Shown here: in pieces, positions 55,283-64,000 of the stretch
Position numbering within the stretch: position 1 is the first letter of the stretch
Layout of the letters: every line of letters starts with the position of its first letter
Assembly (NCBI RefSeq): GCF_036365525.1
Contig: NC_090378.1
Location: 123,055,593-123,119,592, forward strand
DNA: 64,000 bases
Reading direction: 5' to 3'
Source: Heterodontus francisci
Lineage: Eukaryota
Made by a program: the position numbers and the translations under genes
Notes under the pieces: generated by a model
What the model saw: only the letters and a program-made list of their open reading frames with translations
The model's database searches: none
Told to the model about the DNA's origin: nothing

Positions 55283-56200
55283 ATGCTGAAGACAGTGCTG
55301 CAGGTGATCAGGAACAATGAGGGGAAATATGACTATTATATACACAAAATGAAGGCTCATGCTAAGACAGAGGTGAGATGGGGAGGAAACGAGAAAGAAG
55401 ACATACTAGCAAAGAAAGGCGCTATAGGAGGAGAGTCTTGGGATCCCATGGAAGAAGTGGGAGAAATAGCAATGATGGCAGTGGTTGAGCCAGTGAGAGT
55501 GAGTGATCTTATAGAAGTGAAAAAGTTGGATCCAGCACTCAGGGAGGTGTTAAACAAACTAGAAAAGGAGGAGACTGTTGAGAGACCCTGTGGAAGAGCT
55601 GAAATGGGAATTAAAGAAGGGATGTTATTTAAAAATGACAAGTGGGTGGTGCCTACAACCCAGAGGGAAGATTTTCTCTGATTAGTACATGGAGGGACCA
55701 GGAGCAGGACATCCTAGTGCAGAGGGAACATGGAAAAGAGTGAATGTGGTGGGATGGTGGCCTCATCAGACAGAGGATGTGGAGGATTTTTTCATAATTG
55801 TTGATTTGTGCAGCCAATAATCCAGACCTACAGAGGAGAAAGGCACCTTTGGGGCACACCCAAAGATTAGAAGGACCTTGGCAGTGTGCATATAGATTTT
55901 ATAGAATCTCTTCCAACTTCCAGCAGTGGGAATAAATACTGTTTATTCTGGTTGATAACTTCACCAAATGGGTTGAGGCAGTTCCATGTAACGCAGCTAC
56001 CCACTGAAGTATCTCGAAAATCCTGGTGAAGGAGATATTCTCCAGAAGGTGACTACCACGGATCATGGGATCAGATCAGGAAAGACACTTTACTGGAAAG
56101 GGAATGCCAGTGACTTTGAAACTGCTGGATATTGAAGGGAAATAGCACATAAATCATAATCCACAGTCCTCAGTAATTGTAGAGCACATGAATAAAACCC
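55283..56200 (+). mobile_element. degenerate pol fragment (RNase H C-terminus plus integrase) of a retrovirus-like LTR element
   Basis: HKMKAHAK...GNEKEDILAKKGA (RNase H end); GH...WWP...CLICAANNP (HHCC region); GPWQCVHIDFI..LP...NKYCL..VDNFTKWVEAVP; SDQERHFTG; HNPQSS.IVEHMNKT, with stops and frameshifts. Confidence 0.85.
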
Positions 56201-56219
56201 AATCGGCCCGTCATTTCTG

Positions 56220-59200
56220 TGAACACCTGGAAAGCATAAATGGGATTGGACAAAGTCAGCATGGGTTTACGGAAGGGAGATCATGCTTATCAAATCGACT
56301 GGAGTTTTTTGAGGCTGTAACTAGTAGAATAGATAAGGATGATAAGGATAATAGATAATAGATAACCAGTGGATGTGGTGTATTTGGATTTTCAGAAGGC
56401 TTTTGATAAGGTCCCACGTAAGAGGCTCGTGGGCAAAATTAAAGCACATGGGATTGGGGGTAATATATTGGCATGGAATGAGAATTGGTTTACAGACAGG
56501 AAACAGAGAATAGGAATAAATGGGTCTTTTCCGAGTGGCAGGCAGTGACGAGTGGGGTATGGCAGGGATCAGTGCTTGGGCCCCAGCTATTCACAATATA
56601 TATTAATGACTTGGGTGAGGGAACCAAATGTAACATTTCCAAGTTTGCAGACGACACAAAGCTGGAGGAGGGCGGGGGGGGCGGGAGGTGGTGGTGGGGT
56701 GCGAGTGATCTGTGAGAAGGATACAAAGAGGCTTCAATGTGATTTGCACAAGTTGGGTGAATGGGCAAATGCATGGCAGATGCAGTATAATGTGGATAAA
56801 TGTGAAGTAATCCACTTTGGTTGTAATAATAGAAAGGCAGATTATCTGTATGGTGATAGATTGGGTAAGGGGAAGGTGCAACGAGACCTGGGTGTCCTTG
56901 TACACCAGTCACTGAAAGCAAGCATTCAGGTGCTGCAAGCAGTTAGGAAGGCAAATGGGATGTTGGCCTTCATTGCAAGAGGATTTGAGTACCGGAGTAA
57001 GGATGTCTTACTGCAGACGAGAGTGGTCCTAAAGGAAGGGTGCTAAATTGGGGGAAGGCCAACTATACCAAAATTCGGCAGGAGCTGGGGAATGTAGATT
57101 GGGAGCAGCTGTTTGAAGGTAAATCCACTTTTGATATGTGGGAGGCTTTTAAAGAGAGGTTGATTAGCGTACAGGAGAGACATGTTCCTGTGAAAATGAG
57201 GGGCAGAAATGGCAAGATTAGGGAACCATGCATGACAGGTGAAATTGTGAGACTAGCTAAGAGGAAAAAGGAAGCACACATAAGGTCTAGGCGGCTGAAG
57301 AAAGACGAAGCTTTGAAAGAATATCGGGATTGTAGGCGCAATCTGAAACGAGGAATTAATAGGGCTAAAAGGGGTCATGAAATATCTTTAGCAAACAGGG
57401 TTAAGGAAAATCCCAAAGCCTTTTATTCATATATAAGGAGCAAGAGGGTAACTAGAGAAAGGATTGGCCCACTCAAGGACAAAGGAGGAAAGTTATGCGT
57501 GGAGTCAGAGAAAATGGGTGAGATTCTAAACGAGTACTTTGCATCGGTATTCACTGAGGAGAGGGACATGACGGATGTTGAGGTTAGGGACAGATGTTTG
57601 ATTACTCTAGGTCAAGTCGGCATAAGGAGGGAGGAAGTGTTGGGTATTCAAAAAGGCATTAAGGTGGACAAGTCCCCAGGTCCGGATGGGATCTATCCCA
57701 GGTAACTGTGGGAAGCGAGAGAGGAAATAGTTGGGGCCTTAACAGATATCTTTGCAACATCCTTAAACACGGGTGAGGTCCCGGAGGACTGGAGAATTGC
57801 TAATGTTGTCCCCTTGCTTAAGAAGGGTAGCAGGGAAAATCCAGGTAATTATAGACCGGTGAGCCTGATGTCAGTGGTAGGGAAGCTGCTGGAGAAGATA
57901 CTGAGGGATAGGATCTCTTCCCATCTGGAAGAAAATGGGCTTATCAGTGATAGGCAACATGGTTTTGTGCAGGGAAGGTCATGTCTTACCAACTTAATAG
58001 AATTCTTTGAGGAAGTGACAAAGTTGATTGATGAGGGAAGGGCTGTAGATGTCATATACATGGACTTCAGTAAGGCGTTTGATAAGATTCCCCATGGTAG
58101 GCTGATGGAGAAAGTGAAGGCGCATGGGGTCCAAGGTGTACTAGCTAGATGGATAAAGAACTGGCTGGGCAACAGGAGACAGAGAGTAGCAGTGGAAGGG
58201 AGTTTCTCAAAATGGAGACGTGTGACCAGTGGTGTTCCACAGGGATCCGTGCTGGGACCACTGTTGTTTGTGATATACATAAATGATTTGGAGGAAAGTA
58301 TAGGTGGTCTGATTAGCAAGTTTGCAGACGACACTAAGATTGGTGGAGTAGCAGATACTGAAGGGGACTGTCAGAGAATACAGCAGAATATAGATAGACT
58401 GGAGAGTTGGGCAGAGAAATGGCAGATGGAGTTCAATCAGGGCAAATGCGAGGTGATGCATTTTGGAAGATCCAATTCAAGAGTGAACTATACAGTAAAT
58501 GGAAAAGTCCTGGGGAAAATTGATGTACAGAGAGATTTGGGTGTTCAGGTCCATTGTTCCCTGAAGATGGCAACGCAGGTCAATAGAGTGGTCAAGAAGG
58601 CATACGGCATGCTTTCCTTCATCGGACGGGGTATTGAGTACAAGAGTTGGCAGGTCATGTTACAGTTGTATAGGACTTTGGTTCGGCCACATTTGGAATA
58701 CTGCGTGCAGTTCTGGTCGCCACATTACCAAAAGGATGTGGATGCTTTGGAGAGGGTGCAGAGGAGATTCACCAGGATGTTGCCTGGTATGGAGGGCGCT
58801 AGCTATGAAGAGAGGTTGAGTAGATTAGGATTATTTTCATTAGAAAGACGGAGGTTGAGGGGGGACCTGATTGAGGTGTACAAAATCATGAGAGGTATAG
58901 ACAGGGTGGATAGCAAGAAGCTTTTTCCCAGAGTGGGGGATTCAATTACAAGGGGACACGAGTTCAAAGTGAAAGGGGAAAAGTTTAGGGGGGATATGCG
59001 TGGAAAGTTCTTTACGCAGAGGGTGGTGGGTGCATGGAATGCATTACCAGCGGAGGTGGTAGACGCGGGCACGATAGCGTCTTTTAAGATGTATCTAGAC
59101 AGATACATGAATGGGCAGGAAGTAAAGAGATACAGACCCTTAGAAAATAGGCGACAGTTTTAGATAGAGGATTTGGATCGGCGTAGGCTTGGAGGGCCGA

Positions 59201-59830
59201 AGGGCCTGTTCCTGTGCTGTAATTTTCTTTGTTCTTTGTTCTTTATACAGGGCCTTGGTGAGACCACGTCTGGAGTATATTGTGCAGTTTTAGTCTCCTC
59301 ATCTGAGGAAGATGTTCTTGCCATGGAGGGAGTGCAAAGAAGATTTACTAGGCTGATTCCTGGAATGGCAGGATTGACGTATGAGGAGAGAATGGATCGA
59401 CTAGGCCTATATTCACTAGAGTTTAGAAGAATGAGAGGGGATCTCATAGAAACCTATAAAATTCTAACAGGACTAGACGGGCTAGATGCAGGGAGGATGT
59501 TCCTGATGGCTGGGGAGTCCAGAACCAGGGGTAACTGTCTCAGGATATGGGGTATGCCATTTAGAACCGAGATGAGGAGAAATTTCTTCACTCAGAGGGT
59601 GGTGAACCTGTGGAATTCTCTACCGCAGAAGGCAATGGAGGCCAAGTCATTAAAATATATTCAAGAAGGAGAAAAATATATTTCTGAATGCCAAAGGGAT
59701 CAAGGGATATGGAGAGAAAGCAGGAACAGGAAACTGAATTAAACTATCAGCCATGATCTTTTTTGAATGGCGGAGCAGGCCTGAAGGGCCGAATGGCCTA
59801 TTCCTGCTCCTATTTTCTATGTTTCTTTGT
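56220..59830 (+). mobile_element. older CR1 LINE (host), split by a younger CR1
   Basis: [60 protein letters not shown] up to 57016; resumes LYRALVRP at about 59242 through to the 3' UTR. Confidence 0.92.
57017..59241 (+). mobile_element. young 5'-truncated CR1 LINE with near-intact ORF2 RT (one in-frame TAA)
   Basis: ORFs 57040-57705 and 57814-59163 are in the same frame and separated only by TAA at 57703-57705. Motifs NYRPVSL, QHGF, DFSKAFD, GVPQGSVLGP, FADD; (TTCTTTG)n tail. Confidence 0.96.
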
Positions 59831-59914
59831 GCTGGTTCTCAGAATGAGCAATTCAGAGTGTGCCACACTCCCGCCTTCTCCCCGTAGCCCTGCACATTCT
59901 TCCTTTTCAGACAA

Positions 59915-60120
59915 TAATAAAAAGGCAGTGGAAGCAGAGTCCTTAAATATTTTTAAGGCAGAGGGAGATAGATTCTTGATAAGGAAGAGGGAGAAAGGTT
60001 CTCAGAGGGAGGTGGGAATGTGGAGTCGTGGTTACAATCAGATCAGCCATGATCTTATTGAATAGTGCAGCAGGCTCGAGGGGCCGAGTGGCCTCCTCCT
60101 GCTCCTAATTCCTATGTTCG
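59915..60120 (+). mobile_element. CR1 3' end fragment
   Basis: KAVEAESLNIFKAE.DRFL; GATCAGCCATGATCTTATTGAAT 3' UTR. Confidence 0.8.
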
Positions 60121-60129
60121 GATGCTTGT

Positions 60130-60840
60130 ATCTGCTTCCACCACACTCTCAGACAGTGCATTTCAGATTCTAACCACTCGCTGTGTGAAAAGGTTTTCTT
60201 CATGTCTCCATTGCTTCTTTTGCCGATTATCTTAAATCTGTGCCCTCTGGTTCTCGATCCTTCCTTCAGTGGGAGCAGTTTCTCTCTATCTGCTCTGTCC
60301 AGACCCCTCATGATTTTGAATACCTCGATCAAATCCCCTCTCAGCCCCAGCTTCTCCAATCTATCTACATAACTGAAGTTCCTCGTTCCTGGAACTATTC
60401 TTGTGAATCTTTTCTGCACCCTCTCTAATGCCTTCACATCCTTCCTTTCGTGTGGTGCTCAGAACTGGATGCAATGCTCCAGTTGACGATGAACCAGTGT
60501 TTTATACAAGTTTAACATAACTTCCTTGCTTTTGTACTCTGTGCCCTTACTGATAAAACTTAGGATGATGTATGCTTTATTAACCACCCTCACAACCTGT
60601 CCTGCCACTGCAATCATTTACACACATATACACCCAGGTCCCTCTGTTACTGCACCCACTTTAGAATTTTACCCTTTATTTTATATTGTTTCTCCACATT
60701 CTTTCTACCAAAATAAATCACTTCACACATTTCTACATTAAATTTCATCTGCCACTTGTCTGCCCATTCCACCAACCTGTCTATGTGCTTTGGAAGTTCT
60801 ACACTATCCTCCTCACAATTCACAATGCTTCCAATGTGAT
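60130..60840 (-). mobile_element. CR1 RT/C-terminal fragment
   Basis: DRLVEWADKWQMKFNVE.CEV; ALERVQKRFTR; RGDLIEVFKIM. Confidence 0.9.
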
Positions 60841-61929
60841 CACAAATGACAGAATCTGCCCACACTGACAGTGAGTGAACTACACAGCACATTCAGACAG
60901 ACCCGAACCACATCCCTATCCTATTAAATGATGCACTAACTTTGTTTCTCAGTGAAATCAGTAATAATCAACATCACACGAACCAGCTCGGAAATTATTT
61001 TCTCGAAACACAATTTCACTTCAAGCACAAATGCCCAGCAAGCTGTACAAAGAATGTTACTGTTTATAAAGCAGCAAAGCAGTGAACTGCATTAGGCCCA
61101 GGATAGTTTAACTACTTAGTAAAGGGTGCCCTCTATTGACTGTCATCGCTGTCACATACACAGAATACACTGAACCATTAGTCATACTCAAGTATGGTCG
61201 ACAGGAGTTTATAATCCACCAGGGCCCTGAGCAGACATTTGCTTCCAGGTGTCTCTTGGTCTGTTGCTCTGGAATGTTGGATGTGGGAGATACACACAAG
61301 GATATAGGAAAGCATATAACAAGAAAAGGCCATTCTGCTCATCAAGCCTGCTCCTTTCACTAACAAGGTACAAATCTTCCCTGTTCTCGATTATATTCCC
61401 ACTGAATCTCAGAAGAGAAGTTTCTGTGTAAATACACTTTGATTGCCAAACATAATCAAACAAAATTAGAGAATAGTAATTCATCTTCCCATTTTCACCC
61501 CTGGATTGCTCTCCTCGAGGGATCAATTTCCTCTTTGGAATATGTTAACAGACCTCATTATCTCAAACTGATATGGTTGTACAAAATGTACCATCCTGGA
61601 TCAATGGTTCAATTGGAACTAATTTTCACTCCGAGAATGTGTGTGTGTTCTGTGGAAATAATTCTTCACAAATCAAATTAACAATAGCATCAAATTAATC
61701 ACCTCAATTGCTCCTCGGTGAAACAGGTTGACAGTGGGTGGCAACAGGCTATTCAATCATGGGGGCATCACAGGAAACCTGATTCTGTAATAATCTGACA
61801 TCCCTACATACAGACTTTCTAGTGAGTAACATGTACAGTGATTGGAAACTGACACTTTAATTTAATTCAAGTTTTTATATAAAACTCACAAACTCCTGTT
61901 AAAATGCATTTGTGAAGTTACCAAATATT

Positions 61930-62325
61930 GTCTTGTATTCCTCTGAGTTTAGAAAGTTGAACAGATGATTTAATTAAGGTGCTTAAAGTAATAAAAGGAT
62001 TTGATAGGTTTGATGTAGAGAAGTTATTTTATCAAGTTCGGGAATCCACAACAAGGTGACATAATCCTAAAATTAGAAGATTCGAAATCAGGAAGTACTT
62101 CTTCACACAAAGGGTGGTGGAAATTGGAATTCTCTCCTCTAAAACATTGGAGATGTTGGTCAATTGACATTTTAAAGGCAGAGATTGACTGATTTTTATT
62201 GGATAAGAATAACAAGGAATATGGATCAAAGGCAGGTAAATGGAGTACAGATCAGCCATGATTGAACTGAATGATGGAACAGTCTTGAAGGGGCTGAATG
62301 GCCTACCCCTGTCCCTATATTCTAC
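61930..62325 (+). mobile_element. old CR1 3' fragment
   Basis: YSSEFRKL...DLIKVLK; YFFTQRVVEIG; ATCAGCCATGATTGAACTGAATG. Confidence 0.75.
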
Positions 62326-63019
62326 ATAGCAGAGTAACAGTTAAGTGCTCATTTGGAGGCTCATATCTGGGGCTTTGTTCTTTGCTGGGTTTCTGCTTCT
62401 GTGTTTACTTCCCGAGATAATAAACACAAAACACAACTTCACAAATTGAAGCAGAAGCAGCATCTTCAGCTACAGATGAAAGTTGATTTTCGCTGCCAGT
62501 TCAAACTGCAGCACATTAGGGTCATTACAGTCGTAACCTTGGAGCGACTTCCAATTTCCACCAGCTGCTCCTGAGGAGTATCGATAAGAGGGAGACGGAC
62601 AAGTCCCCACCCTCCCCCGCTCTCCTCCACATGTGGGGGGTGGGGAATAGGTGCTTAACCGTGGTTGTAGCAGGGGGGCTAAATTTTGCTCAGGGTGGGA
62701 ATACGACATTATTCCCGACTGTCCAAATCTGCTCCCTTTCCCAGACCATGGTGCCATTGACAGGAAACACTGGGTCACTAAACACTGGGCGGACACATAC
62801 AACAATTTTACAGAATAAAAATTGGGTCACACTCACATTCACCTGTGTCTAAAGAATATTCTTGGTCTGATGTTGGATATTGAATCATCAGGTAACAGAA
62901 ATATGTCCTTGGTATTTATTCTGGAAAAAGTAAATCCCAACAATTACTTCCAATTAAATTATGACAAGAGCTGGAGGCCACACATTCAAATTAGTAAAAG
63001 GCAGCTTCAGGACTAATAT

Positions 63020-63200
63020 CAAGGAGTCTTTCTTCATATCAGAGTGACTAATCATGGAATGGATTCCCAGATAAAGTAATGGAAATGAAAGTCATGGAAG
63101 AACCAGCTGGATGCTGCATTGGGGAGACTTTAGGGTCATCATCAATGGAGGAGCTAAGGTGGGCCGAATGGCCTTCCTCTTCCATTAATATCTTGTAATA
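63020..63200 (+). mobile_element. very old CR1 3' remnant
   Basis: TTCTTCATATCAGAGTG..TGGAATGG; GGGCCGAATGGCCTTCCTC. Confidence 0.5.
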
Positions 63201-63856
63201 TATAGAGGAAAGGGGCAATGTCTGTCATCGTAAATGAAAGAACTGGATATTGAGGATTAGTGACTTGTTGAAACTGAAGTGTTCACACTCTTTGTTTCAG
63301 AGGCAGGATCAGTGACACCTACAATGAGATTTTTCTCAGCAATTTACCGAGACCTCAATATGCTGAGGAAATCTGTCCGAGTGTGGCACTGGGTACAGAA
63401 ATTTAAAGTGAAATATAACCATTATTTCAGAACATCAGGAAATCCTTTTAAAAGTGATTCACTATCTTCACAAAGACTGCTGTGATGAACCAGTTCTCTG
63501 AGGAAGATCTTAATGTGCGTGATGTTTCAAAACATTGGCTTCAAACAGAGACTAGAAACATGCTTTCCTGCCCTCTGTCAGAATAGCTACAGTGATAAAC
63601 CTGGGCCTAGGAATTCAGGTGCACCTATTTTTGGGAATGTGAACAATGATCCCAGTACCTGAATGGTGAAGTCCACGGCACCACCAACACTGGGTCACTG
63701 ATCTCATTTCCATTGGGCTGGTGAGTTGTGGACAGCAACAGGTTTCTCTTTCTGAGGTCTGGTCTGCACTTTGGGCCACCAGACAATCCAGTAGAAATGA
63801 GGAACTCACCACAGGAGGAAAAGTGGAGGTGGAATGGCACTGTGATACTTTGAGGA

Positions 63857-64000
63857 ATGGCTGAACGTGTGAGAGAGCGTGCACCAAGCTTTTCTGATGA
63901 TGTGTTACAGGTCTTGGTGGAAGAAGTGGAAAGAAGGAGAGACATCCAGTATCCACAGAGAGGCAGGAACTCCTCCAGATAGATGATCAAGAGACAGTGT
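63857..64000 (+). mobile_element. PIF/Harbinger transposon Myb/SANT-like protein fragment (pseudogenised)
   Basis: ATG at 63857: MAERVRERAPSFSDDVLQVLVEEVERRRDIQYP, matching the R-A-P-x-F-S-D...L-V-E-E-V...R pattern of Harbinger-associated Myb/SANT domains; premature TAG at 63980-63982. Confidence 0.65.

Noticed and set aside
63301-63485. Possible + strand exon after TTTGTTTCAG
   Set aside because: No recognisable domain and no partner exons

Overview
Eukaryotic, repeat-dominated DNA from a cartilaginous fish (shark). This is inferred from the Ig sequence and the repeat families; the C region resembles horn/nurse shark type III (NS4, kappa) light chains as I recall them. The only host gene I can support is part of an immunoglobulin kappa-type light-chain cluster on the + strand: an unrearranged J segment with a 23-bp-spacer RSS (26069-26142), a 7.7-kb intron, an intact C exon (33869-34197) and poly(A) signals. 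No V or leader exon is visible upstream. Instead there is a >=23-kb array of a 61-bp satellite, a Tx1 fragment, a 159-N gap and GA microsatellites. Downstream are 45-bp and 34-bp minisatellite arrays and nested Tx1, CR1, Gypsy, retrovirus-like, hAT, Harbinger and Deu-SINE remnants. Nearly all long ORFs in the supplied track are artefacts of stop-free tandem repeats. The most interesting observations are: (i) the typical 61-bp monomer has heptamer-23 bp-nonamer RSS geometry plus an ETS/Ikaros-type motif; (ii) the J-C unit appears V-less for 26 kb; (iii) a solo LTR in the J-C intron carries an octamer and muE1-, muE3- and kappaE2-like motifs; (iv) a fossil pol has a retrovirus-type RNase H. All functional readings are hypotheses.
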